In this document: positions 12,838 through 24,601 of the stretch, one piece after another
Numbering within the stretch: position 1 is the first letter of the stretch
Layout of the letters: each line of letters begins with the position of its first letter
Assembly: GCA_032718475.1 (NCBI GenBank)
Contig: JAUCBJ010005172.1
Coordinates: 1 to 40,644, forward strand
Reading direction: 5' to 3'
Source: Nemertoderma westbladi
Lineage: Eukaryota; Animalia; Xenacoelomorpha
Length of the DNA stretch: 40,644 bases
The notes under the pieces: generated by a model
The model's database searches: none
What the model saw: the letters and a program-made list of their open reading frames with translations, nothing else
Told to the model about the DNA's origin: nothing
Position numbers and translations under genes: made by a program

Positions 12838-13086
12838 TGAACCCTGGCGGGGCTCGATCCTACAACCTGACCCTCCTGCTCTTGTATTATTTCTATATTA
12901 TTACTTAATATTATTTATTATAGGAAATAGAACCGAGAACATAGGAACCTATTCTCTCGTATTATCTTCCTTCCATTATTATACGATTGCAATTGAATAA
13001 ATCAATAAATTCAACACCAATCCACAAGATACCGGTTCGTATCGTTATTGGAACGAAACTATTACGGCTAATTAAAAGGTAAATAC

Positions 13087-13284
13087 CTGATGGTTTGGAG
13101 GTCGAGTTTTCTGTCTTCCAGGGGGTCTGTTCAACTGCGTCTGTTTGTTCAATTGTGTCGGTTTCACGAACTCCACTGTGGCTGTGGGTTTCGGCACAGC
13201 ATATATACCGGTAGCCTTAGTGGGTCCATCACTTGGGATCGGGTAATCCATGTATTTATTCAACTTTGTTGATGTTTGTTGCAA
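13087..13284 (-). CDS. CEP350: CEP350-like gene, exon 3
   Basis: Acceptor gtcgtatatag| at 13285; donor CAG|GTATTT at 13086; 198 nt, phase 0 to 0. LQQTSTKLNKYMDYPIPSDG...RPPNHQ. Confidence 0.78.
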
Positions 13285-13448
13285 CTATATACGACGCAAA
13301 ATATATATAATATATTGGCAGAATTCAGGGAATATTTTAGCCCAGTCAAGTCACGATAAGGAAACAGCTACATACCGGTAATAATTAAAACTATAGTTTT
13401 TATAGGTCAGCAATACCATCTGATATTGGAAACTGGTTAAAAAATACC

Positions 13449-13549
13449 GGTACCATGGCAACGCGAAACAGTTTGAAATATTGCCGTCAGATACTTACAC
13501 ATTATATATAAAACACACAACGATATTATTATATTGTTACCATAGCAAC
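13449..13549. promoter_or_regulatory. pair of RFX X-box-like palindromes in intron 2
   Basis: GGTACCATGGCAAC (13449-13462) and GTTACCATAGCAAC (13536-13549) versus X-box consensus GTTNCCATRGNAAC. Confidence 0.45.
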
Positions 13550-13614
13550 GGGCATACTGAATTATTTAGAAAGGTCGTTTAACCTTCGGACTTCTCACTG
13601 CGTAACTCAGAATT

Positions 13615-13757
13615 TATATTTTTGATTTCATTAATTAGCTACAAGCTTTTGAAAAAAAGTTGTTTCGGTCGATATTGCACCAATTACATCGCAGTTCATT
13701 TGTTGGTACTGATAGAAAGCTGAAGCCGATTCCAAATATGAAACACAATCTGAATTA
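13615..13757. mobile_element. internal fragment of the MITE family seen at 15792-20874
   Basis: TAGCTACAAGC...GTCG.TATTG.ACCA.TTACA.CGCAGTT...GATTCCAAATATG..ACACAATCTGAATT aligns by eye with 20128-20266. Confidence 0.7.
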
Positions 13758-13851
13758 ATAAAAAAAACCATTATATATATTCTACTTTTGAATCTCATCC
13801 TATAAAATAATATAAGTAAACGACTCGATTAGTTAGATAGTTTAAACTTAC

Positions 13852-13895
13852 CGCCGACTTTGTTTGTTCAAGATTTTTCCAAGCGTCACTTAAAC
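13852..13895 (-). CDS. CEP350: CEP350-like gene, exon 2
   Basis: Strong acceptor ttttatttctttcag| and donor GCG|GTAAGT; 44 nt, phase 1 to 0. Joined to exon 3 it gives GLSDAWKNLEQTKSALQQTSTKLN, matching my recollection of the human CEP350 N-terminal motif DITTSWDALSQTKAALRHIENKLE (W..L.QTK.AL......KL). Confidence 0.82.
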
Positions 13896-14633
13896 CTGAA
13901 AGAAATAAAATTTTATAATTACGCGTACCGATACCCTATAATTGAATACGTCTGTAGGTAATCTGAGCCGGGGTAAAGCGATCAACGGCTAATTTTGGGC
14001 GTAGGGTGCACTGTGCCCTGCTACATTTCGGGCACTAGACTTCTAGTATCACAATGATTACTTTATATTCTTAACCACTTCTGTACTTGTCCAGGACATC
14101 TGTGTAACTCGACACTATCACTAGGCCTATATTCCGGCATCCGGAGGAAGAACACACTGATATAGCATACATAGCCTAGATATCGATGGTACATAAACCG
14201 ATAAACAAGACACGGAACATCACCGGTGTAACAAAAAATCTTCAATCATCACCTCATGCATAATCACCCCCGGTTAAATTTCCCTGGTGTATTATCACTC
14301 CCGGTGTATCAGCACGTAAATTACGTATCGTAATACACTGATGAATTCCTAGATACACTGTAGAACCCTTCAAGCAGCACGTGAGTTACATGTAGTAACT
14401 GTAGATACTGCGTGGCCCTTCGCGCAGCACGTGAGTTGTATGAAATAAATATACAGAATTGGACCTTCGCGCAGCATGTGAGATACACATAGTATTCGCA
14501 CCGAAGTGATAATATGTTTCAACACACAAGCACCAATCAGGCTCACAATCATCGATCTGTCGATAGAAAGCACTGATAAAATATTCAATTTATTTATTCT
14601 CAAATATCTGTAGCCTTGTACATTATTTGTGAG

Positions 14634-14853
14634 TAGGGCTCAACAGAAGCGTCAGCTTCGGTTCTGTTCGGGCCGAAGTTTGAGAATTCCGGTTCGGTTC
14701 GGCTTCTGCAATTGGTGACATAAATTATAGTGACATAAATACGACATTACAACCGCAACTTGGTAACTTTCTGAACTTCGATTCGGATTCGGTTCGGCCC
14801 GAAGTTTGCCCTGCTTTGGTTCGGCCCCATAAAGTGCCTTCTGTCGAACCCTA
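14634..14853. mobile_element. small hAT-type MITE
   Basis: TIRs TAGGGCTCAACAGAAG / CTTCTGTCGAACCCTA; internal GGTTCGG repeats. 8-bp TSD TTTGTGAG at 14626-14633; the right copy is displaced to 14966-14973 by a later insertion. Confidence 0.8.
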
Positions 14854-16411
14854 TTTGTAATAGTATTATACAAATAGTGACTTATAATAAGTGAATTGTA
14901 TATTGTGTATATTGTGTATATATTATCATATTGTCTTATTTACATTGTATATTTAAAGAACCCTATTTGTGAGTGATAATATTAAACCAATATACGATGA
15001 AATTAAATGAGTAACAACTGAGGATGTAATATTGGCCATTGAGGGAGAGGATACTGTGATATGATGAGTATAGGAAGGTGTATCCATTTTGGATACTTTG
15101 ACAGAGACTGGGCGGGCAAATAATATAGTGTTGAGGCTGAGATACTGAGTTTTAATATTACCTAAAGGCCCATTTATGTGCAATGATAATTAGGTGGAGC
15201 GTGGAGGTTACATTAGTACACTAATGGGGACAATGAACTCTAATAAGGGGGGCCTTTTACAGCTTTGGATTAGTACAGATATGAGTTATGTGATACCAGA
15301 TGTTGGTCTTATTGGTGCATTCATTGATGTTGGTATTTGGTGCACCGTAGATTCATTCCTGAGTGTAGCTCTACATCAAATATCACAATCAATCAATCAC
15401 AATCAATGTATTAGACTTATTGCTGCTATTAATTAGAAGTAAAGTACCTTGTCCGCAATGTAGTTGAGATAACTTTATTGGTATTATTGGTGAGGTAGAT
15501 TAACATCAACTTAGTTGGTGTGACTAGTTGTTCTTGTTATTGAGCATCAATACATGCAATATACAACGCAAACTACAAAATCATTCTTTGTTTATGAATT
15601 ATGACGGCCCTCTGGGCTGCTGGGGTCCATCCAAACCCTCGACAGGTTTTCTAACAGAAGGCCCCCTGGTTGAACCCAGAGTGGCAGTGAACGAACGGGA
15701 GGTCGATATTCAACTACAGATACACTCAGGTGACGTGGTACTATTTCGAACTCACACCACCCGAGCACCCGACGTAATATACTCACAGTATTACACCATG
15801 TCCCAGAATATAGTGTCGAAATTCAGTGACACGCCACATTTAGTTAATGTATGAATAGCTACGTAATAGTAGATTAAAGATGTAATGCATTGTTGCTCTG
15901 CTACGTATTTGGATAAACAAAATGTTCCAGAATATGATGTATTTTTTAAATATAATAAAATAGCCTACCGGTAGCGAAGATATTCAAAACAACGCAACTT
16001 TTGAACGACCATATCTTTCTGATATTTTTCAACGAAATTCAGATTATGTTACATATTTGGAATCCGTGCATTGCCAGCTTTCCATTGGTACAAACAAACA
16101 GCTATAAGGTAGAAGAATAACTGCGTGGGACTGGTGTAGTATTTTTTTTTTAACTTTTTTTAAGCGCTTGTAGCTATATAGCTAAAGATTGAAAGCAAAA
16201 ATAAAAATTCAACCCCCCCCCCCCCCCCCCCAGTAAGTGGTCGGTAAGTGAAACTATCTCAGTTTCAAATTTCATGAACTCTCTAAGATTTGTAGAAAAT
16301 TAGGGGGGGGGGGGGGGGTCACTGAATTATGACACTATAATACACCATGTGCTGGAATATAATGTCGTTATTGAGGTACCTGGACAGTGGACCCCCCCCC
16401 TTTTTCTACAA

Positions 16412-19400
16412 GGTCAGGTCAGGTCCCCAGATCCTGCTACCACTATGTCAGTAATGTGGTACTACCTGTAGCTGTCAGCCCAGTAGGGCAGGCCCGATAA
16501 GCATAGCCTATTCATTATTTAGTTGATCAAGAGTGGGTTGGTTCAGCCCCGTCAACTAAATAAGTCATTGAGGGCTAAAGCGCCTAGGGCACCATTGAAG
16601 GCAAAGGCTTGATACGCATCTGCATTAGAGATGATACAAGCCCCGCCCTGTCTATACTGGATGCTCCTCTACCAGTGTTAGGTAACCTAACCCAGGAGGC
16701 ACACTTGGTTCAGGGTGTAACAAATGGACCCCTACAGTCGGCAGCAGGGCTGTAGGCCATGGATAGGCGGAAGGTAATCAACCAACGGCTAGACATGCTG
16801 ACAAGGTCGGCGGAAGGTAATCAACCAACGGCGACCTACTGCGAAGACGCTTGTAGGAGTTGCGACCACAAGCGGTTTACTCCCGCAACTGAAAGACATG
16901 AGTATGAGAACCCTCCAGGAGAAATACCGGCTCGGTCGTCGCCCGGGTCAACAAGGACCGCGTCCCTCAGTGGTACACCAGGCTGGGGTCGATAAATTGG
17001 CTACTGGAACAGAAGACAGAGAAGAAAGAAGAACCAACCTGTTGAAATGTAAAAAGACACTAAAGATTGCTACAATGAACGCACGCACGCTGAAAGCACA
17101 GAGCATACAGGGTGACATGGTCGCTCTGTCAATGGAATATAACATCGACATCATCTGCATCCAAGAACATCGGATTTGTCATGAAGACACTGCCATGAAG
17201 TACAATGACATTGGAAATGGATGGACGTTAGTAACAAGCTCAGCAGTAAGAAACTCGGCCAATGCATCAATTGGTGGAGTAGGAATTCTGCTAAGCCCAT
17301 TTGCACTTAAGACCCTAAACAACATCGAATCTATAAATTCCAGGGTTATGATCGCAACATTTGATGGGAATCCCAAGACAACAGTTATATGTTGCTACAG
17401 TCCAACCAATGCATCAGAGCCAGAACAAGCAGTCAAGTTTTATGAAGAACTGACTGGACTTATTAAGGACATCCCGAAACACAATGTTAAAGTCATTGCT
17501 GGTGACCTGAATGCGCAAATTGGCCCAGAAGACATCAAGGGTTACACCTATAACACCAGTTCTAACAGAAATGGGTACTTACTCTTAGACCTAATGGAAG
17601 AATGTGAATTGATACCAACAAACAACACATTCGAAAAGAGTAAGGGGAAGCTATGGACCTTTCAATACCCTAATGGAACCAAAGCACAACTGGATTACAT
17701 CCTTATAAACAAAAAGTGGAGAAATAGCATGATCAACTGCGAGGCATACAGCTCGTTCAACCTAATTGGTTCGGACCACAGAATTGTGACTGCAGAGATC
17801 AGACTCAGTTTGAGAGCCAGCAAACCCAGGACAAGCAAGATAATCAACTATGACTGGGAGAAACTCAGAACTGACAATGCTGTAAAGGATGCTTATACAG
17901 TAGAAGTTCAAAACCGCTTTGAAGCACTTCAGTCAATGGATGAAGACCAATCCACCGATTCAATATACCAGAATATAATAACAGCCCACAAGGAATCAGC
18001 TAAGAGGCATATCCCCCAGAAACCTAAACGAAAACAGTATGTGCCATGGCAAAACTCTGAGGTTACTTGTAAGAGAGAAGATCTTAAGATAGCCTACAAA
18101 GTTAAAACCGAACAACCAACAACCGAAAACATTAACAAGCTTGAGAAAGCTAAGGACGATCTTAAATTGGCCTACAACATCAGCTAGGAAAAGTACATAC
18201 AGGATAAAACTGAAGCAATTACAACTGCTCACATACAGCAACAATCAAGACTTACCTGGCAAACTGTAAATGAGGTATCTGGTCGGAAAAGTTGTGCAAA
18301 GGGGCGACTCAAAGCCGATAGTCCTGAAGAACGTGTTGGGAAGTGGAAAAATCACTTCAGCAACTTGCTTGGGCAGCCACCAAACATCGAGGTCAGCCCT
18401 ACAAGGAAAATATATGACAAGACACTACCTATAGAAACAGGGGACTTCACACCTGCCGAACTCCAAAGAAGCATTAAAAGCATGTCCAATAATAAAGCGA
18501 GTGGATTAGATGAAATCCCAGCGGAGGTATGGAAAACCGGAGTGCTAAATAGACCATTATTGAATGTTTGCAACCGGATGTTAAAAGGGGAAAAGCCACC
18601 ACCAATTTGGACTAAAGGTCAAATAAAGCCTCTCCCCAAGAAAGGAGACCTCGGCATACCAACAAACTATCGTGGGATCTGTCTGCTTGTGGTAGCTGCC
18701 AAAATATACAATAAAATGATTCTATATAGGATTAGGCCTCACATAGAGAAACTACTGCGTAAGAGCCAAAACGGATTTCGACCAAGTAGATCAACAATAG
18801 CTCAGATACTTGCACTACGGAGACTGATTGAAGGAATTAAGTCAAAGAATCTCCCCGCAGTCATGACTTTTGTGGACTTCAAGAAGGCATTCGACTCCAT
18901 CCATAGAGGTAAAATGCTTGAAATCCTAAGAGCTTATGGAATACCAGAAGTAATTGTTGCTGGCATTGGATTGTTATATTGTGACACAGAAGCGCAGGTA
19001 CTCTCACCAGATGGTGAAACTGAGTTTTTCTCAATCCTGGCTGGCGTACTGCAAGGTGACACATTAGCACCATTACTATTTGTAATTGTGCTGGATTACG
19101 CAATGAGGACGGCCACAAAGGGTGAAGAGCTGGGATTCACACTTCAAGAACGCAGAAGTAGTAGATATCCGGCAACTAGAGTCACAGACACCGACTTTGC
19201 GGATGACATCGCCCTGCTCTCTAATACGCTAGCAGATGCACAGCTTCTACTAAATAAAGTGGAGAGGGCTGCTAAGGAGGTTGGATTGCATATAAATGCT
19301 ACCAAGACCGAATTCATGACCTTTAATGTTGATGGAAACTTGACAACCATTGATAATAATCAACTAAGGAAGGTCGATGACTTCCAGTACCTTGGATCAT

Positions 19401-19945
19401 GGATAGAGAGTAGCAAAAAGGACATAGAAGTTAGGAAAGCAAAGGCTTGGGTAGCTCTATCAAAAATGGATACCATCTGGAAATCAGATCTCTCCAGGCA
19501 CCTGAAGACCAAGTTCTTTCGAGCCACAGTGGAAAGTGTATTTTTATACGGGGGTGAGACTTGGACACTGACTAAATCACTTGAACAACGAATTGATGGT
19601 TGCTACACAAGACTACTAAGGGCAGCCCTAAACATCAGCTGGAGACAACACATGACAAACGCCGAGCTTTATGGTACAATACCACCTGTATCAACCACCC
19701 TCCGTGAACGCAGATTAAGATTCAGTGGGCACTGCTGGCGAAGTAAAGACGAGGTCATACCAGATCTACTTCTCTGGCAACCAACTCATGGAAAGCGTAG
19801 TCGTGGACGACCTGCCATAACATATATAGATCAACTTGAAAGGGATACTGAACTTGGGAGAAACGAAATTGCGACAACTATGGAGAATCGGGAAGCCTGG
19901 AAGGATCTCATTTCCACTGTCCGAGTTCGCTTGACCTAGTAGTAG
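16412..19945 (+). mobile_element. apparently full-length RTE-clade non-LTR retrotransposon (~3.5 kb), antisense in CEP350 intron 1
   Basis: ~490-nt structured 5' UTR, single EN-RT reading frame, no ORF1, (TAG)3 tail, flanking ~74-bp direct repeat. Confidence 0.92.
16898..19939 (+). pseudogene. RTE ORF: APE-type endonuclease plus reverse transcriptase, 1013 codons with one in-frame TAG at 18185-18187
   Basis: EN motifs TMNART, CIQEHR, GDLNA, LDYIL, SDH; RT motifs NYRGICLL, QNGFR, FVDFKKAFDSI, GVLQGD, FADDI, YLGS. The two listed ORFs share a frame and the gap between them is open after the single stop. Confidence 0.93.
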
Positions 19946-21889
19946 TAATACACCATGTCCTGGAATATAATGTCGTTAATGAGGTACCTGGACAGTGGAC
20001 CCCCCCCCCCCCCCCCCCTTTTTCTACAAATCTTAATGAGATTGCATGAAATTTGAAACAAAGATAGTTTCACCTCCATCCACCTTGCTGGGTGAGCTAG
20101 ATTTTCCATTTTTGCTTTCATTCTTTAGCTACAAGCGTTTTAAAAAGATGTCTCCGTCGGTATTGTACCAGTTACACCGCAGTTATTCTTCAACCTTATA
20201 GCGATTTGTTGATATTGATGGATAGATGACCATGCAAGGATTCCAAATATGTATCACAATCTGAATTCCGTCGTAAAACAGCAGAGAAATGGGCATTCTA
20301 ATGTTGCAAGGTTTTACACCTGCGCAAGGCTATTTTATTCTACTAAAAAAATACACCATATTCTAGAACATGTTGTTTATCCCATTACGTAGCTGGGGAA
20401 CAATGCAATAACTCTGTAATCATACTATTGCATAGCTATAGTACATAAACAAAGTGTTCTAGAATATGGATTATTAATTAAATAGAATAAAATAGCCTCG
20501 CGCAGATGCTAAATCATGCAACATTTGAACGTCCATATCTCAGCTATTTTACGACGAATTTCAGATTGCGATACATATTTGAAATCCTTGCATGGCCCGC
20601 TGTCCGTCAATATCAACAAATCGCTATAAGGTCGAAGAATAACTGCGGTTTAACTGGTACAATACCGATGGAGACGCCTTTTTCAAACGGTTGTAGCTAA
20701 AGAATAAAAGCAAAAATAAAAATTCTGGCTCACCCAGCAAGGATGAGGGAGGTGAAACTATCTCTGTTTCAAAATTGAAGATTAAGATTTGTAGAAAAAT
20801 TGGGGGAGGGGGGTCCAGGTACCTCAATAACGACACCATATTCCAGGACATGGTGTATACTGGGACATGGTGTACATAGATAGCACACTAGAAAGTAACT
20901 GTATAGGCTTAATCGTATTTAAATTAATATTGAAATTTAATATATCATGGCAGAATGCAGGAATGGGGGCAAGAATACAGGAGGGGGTCAAAAATTTCAC
21001 AAAAAATCACCCAGAGTAGTTTCACCCCCGGTTCAAATACAGAAATACCCTAGTGAATTCTAACCGGGGGGTGAAAAGGGTGTGGGGGTGACTTGATACT
21101 CATTGGAAATTTTAAAAAAGAAAAATTACAGGATTACGAATTCGATTACGAATTACCTGTAGAAGTTATAGAAGTTGTAGAAGTTATATAAATGTTTTTA
21201 AAAGTCGGGTAAAAGATATTGATATTTTAAAATATTGTCTGTTTGTTAGATATTTAGATTAATATCAGTTATGTTATGTTATGTTATATTATTAATATCG
21301 CCAGAATAACAATAAAATATTAAATTTTGCACTTATACAGTAGGCCTATAATGACAATTATGAACATATCTGGCAAAGTACGCCAATAAGCGTGTATGTA
21401 CTCGTACTGTTATAATACAAATACAGGTAATGGTATACACACACAATGACGAACTACAGTAGAATTAGTAAAATAATTAAAATTGTAGTTAATTACTAAT
21501 TACAGAACTTACATAAACAGTTGGTGCATATTAATTATTAGGTAAAAATAATTGAATTAAATTAAAATGAAATTTAAAAAAAATGATATTATAAAACCGA
21601 CAAAGCATACTTAGTTTCAAATAAAAATAATTAAAATACGCACGGGCTCTTCAACAACATACAGTATATAGGCAAACATTTGGGCTATAAGCAAACATAA
21701 TGCTCAATAGGCAAATAGGACGGTGAAATAAAACGTGCAAACTAATCTTAAAAGATAGTACGACAATTAATTAAACATAAAAACTATATTTAAAAATTGA
21801 ACAAAATTTTTACACAAAGAATAGTACCGGTACCGTACAGTAATGTAGTTAAAAATATATGGGGGGGGGGGGTGATGGGGGGTTGGGTT

Positions 21890-22815
21890 GTATGTGACCG
21901 CAATCAGTAGAGATGACGCTGCATAGTTTCATTTGAAGAACTTATGTAAATCTACATTATCAATGTTATGGATAAACTTAAAAGTGTTTATCATATCAGC
22001 TCGTATACGTCAGTACGTCTATAGATCAATGTTGGGATGCTTCATATGTCAATTCCTGGAGGGAAGGAACAATCTTGGTAGCACGATGCTGCACACGTTC
22101 AAACAGGTCGATGTCTTTCTGCTGGTAGGGGCACAAAACTACTGTAGCATACTCGAGAAGTGGTCTTATAATAGCTCGATACAGGTTGAGGAACATACGA
22201 GGCTCCATGAAGGTAAATGTATGTTTCACAAGATTTAGAACACGCGTTGCTCTGGCTGATATGATAGAACAGTGAGTGGTGAATGAAAGATTAGAACTGA
22301 ACCTTACACCAAGCTCATTTTCTTCATTGACAGATTCTAGAATGGGACCATTGGGACCTTTACACTTAGCCGGGTTGAACTGAAGATGCCAACGATTTGC
22401 CCAATCAGCAAGTGAGTCTAAGTCAGCCTGGAGACAATCAATATCAGCAGAACTGTGGATTGGCCTGTAAATCTTGGTGTCATCAACAAATACCTTACAA
22501 ATGGACGATACGACATCAGGAATTCACAAATATTAGGAACAAAATAGGGACAGTCACCGTCTGACCGTTCCTTGGGGGACACCACTGGAGACCATACGGG
22601 AACTACTTAGTTTAGTACACCATTTACACGTACACATTGGGAATGGGAAGAGATTAGAGAGGAAATTGCAGATCCTTTGTGCCACACTACTTTGGATTCC
22701 ATATGCGTTCAACGTTTGGAGAAGCAGCTTGTGGGATACAGTATCAAAGGCACGACGCAAATCGAGATATGCTACATCGGCTCCGAGAGTGTGGAGGTCG
22801 TCTACCAGTCTACAT
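21890..22815 (-). mobile_element. decayed CR1-type LINE reverse transcriptase fragment
   Basis: Frameshifted blocks DVAYLDLRRAFDTVSH, SGVPQG, FVDDTKIY, FNPAKCK, LYRAIIRPLLEYA, ERVQHRATK. Confidence 0.88.
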
Positions 22816-23781
22816 ACGTTCACTTGCCTTATTTTATTTTTACTTTATTCGGTTATATTTTATATAAGTTTATACTGTATTAATGATTATGATTAGTATT
22901 TTTAATGATTGAACTATGTATATTTTGTTTGTCTATGTCTTTTTAATGTATAATTGTCATCAGTTAGTGTTTTTGTAAACCCTGATGATGTTCTCTCTTG
23001 TTTTTAAATATTTTATTTAATAAAAGGTGAAATATAGGGTATATAGTAGTACTGTAATAATAATAATAAATTTTGTAAAATCAAGGTTTAGGCCTAAGTA
23101 TGAAGTAAGGCAACAAATTGTAGAAAAAACCGCAATATACCAGTATACCGTACCCGTACCCTACTGCCGTAGTCCATAGCTAGGCTAATGAATTACAGTT
23201 AAACAATATATATCAAGTCACCCCAATTTTTCTTTACTTTCAAAAAACGGGAGCTGCACCGCCAGACCGCCAATTCATATGAATTTTTGTAATTTTTTTA
23301 GGAATATTAATAGGCCTATTCAAACTCATCTATTACATTATTAGGTTATCGTTCATACTGTCATATGCGTACCGGTGGTGTTACAGTGGTGGTGTTTTCT
23401 AACCAAAACAATAAACTAATCTCCATTACTTAATTAACGGAAAGGAGCAGGTTACAGTGGTGGGCTTTTCTAACCAAAACAATAAACAATATCGCAATAA
23501 CATAGGGTATTTCATACTTATAGTCTTATTTTTGCAATACGAAAATACCAACGGTACGGATATGAACTATAATAATAATAATAATATTGGCTTATTAAGG
23601 TGCCCCCTTCTAACATCTGTCATGCAGAGGGCACCGTACACACATTAATAATACACATACTATAACTCATTGGGCCTATTATGATCTGCAAAAATAATTT
23701 TTTAACAACATTAACCCATCTTATCTGCCCATAGCTGCATAGTGTCAAAAATTCGATCTACCGGCAGACCATTCTGCTAAG

Positions 23782-24423
23782 TAGGGCATGTACGCCGAAC
23801 GCGTTCGGCGCACAATTTTTTCCAGAATTTGGAGCAGGCGCAGAAAATTGAGAGCGCAGCGCCGCGCAGCGCGCCGCGCAGAGAAAATTTAGAGTGCGGC
23901 GCGACAGGCGCAGGCGCAGAAAATTGATAGCACGGCTCAGACTTGCACTACAGCACTAAGTCAGTCAGTCAGTACCGGCAGACCGGTAACAGGGTAATGA
24001 CAATACAGATAAGACTGTAAGAAATACTGAAATAATAAGCCTCCTGTACAGTCCTACTGTCCTACTTGCTACTTGGTGTGCTTTAGGCCAGTACAGCAGT
24101 AGGCAGGCAGGTACGTGGTAGGAGATTTCGCGCAGTATTTCTGCTGTGCGCGCCAATGTGTAATGTCAATGCTGTAATGTCAATAGGCCTAACATAATGA
24201 AGCGTCCTACAGTCCTACTTGGTGTGCTTAGGGCTTGCTTAGGCCAGTAGAGTAGGCAGGCGGGTAGGTGGTACGGTACAGTACCGGTACTACAGAGGTA
24301 GGAGAGGTAGGAGATTTCGCGCAGTTTTTCTGCTGCGCACGCGGATTTTGCACTGTTTTCGACTGCGCAGGCGCACATTTTTTTCTGCGCCGCGTCACGT
24401 TCGGCGCACAAAAAAGTCACTTA
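23782..24423. mobile_element. degenerate MITE-like element with GCGCAGAAAA subterminal repeats
   Basis: Starts TAGGGCATGTACGCCGAACG; GCGCAGAAAA repeats on the left, inverted TTTTCTGCGC on the right, CGTTCGGCG near the right end. No clean TSD. Confidence 0.5.
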
Positions 24424-24601
24424 GCATACGGGCGGCGGCAGACCGGTAGGCGGTAGCCTATATCAGTCATCAGTATACGGTATATACAGATATACCCACA
24501 CCACACACTGACACCAGACACTGGACTCAGCTAACCTCTGACAGTCTGAATCTACATAAAAACAGCATAGCATAGGATAACCCAGTCAGCCAGTAACTCA
24601 C

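Larger units (their letters stand above)
16341..20857. mobile_element. inner ~900-bp fold-back MITE of a related family (intact copy 19949-20857)
   Basis: TIRs TA|CACCATGTCCTGGAATATAATGTCGTTA.TGAGGTACCTGGAC / GTCCAGGTACCTCAATAACGACACCATATTCCAGGACATGGTG|TA; ~400-bp imperfect inverted arms. Confidence 0.85.
15792..20874. mobile_element. outer TA-flanked MITE (Tc1/mariner-like), right TIR split by nested insertions
   Basis: Left TIR TA|CACCATGTCCCAGAATATAGTGTCGAAATTCAGTGAC. The right TIR is in two pieces: GTCACTGAATTATGACACTATA (to 16339) and TACTGGGACATGGTG|TA (20858-20874). Confidence 0.8.

Noticed and set aside
6663-12840. Long repetitive ORFs (up to 699 aa) resembling structural or adhesive proteins
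   Set aside because: 36-bp minisatellite open on both strands, broken by scattered stops and indels, and lying within an intron.
14975-15790. Short ORFs and possible LINE/SINE relics
   Set aside because: No convincing protein motif or element boundary by eye; only a weak B-box-like GAGTTCGAAA on the minus strand.
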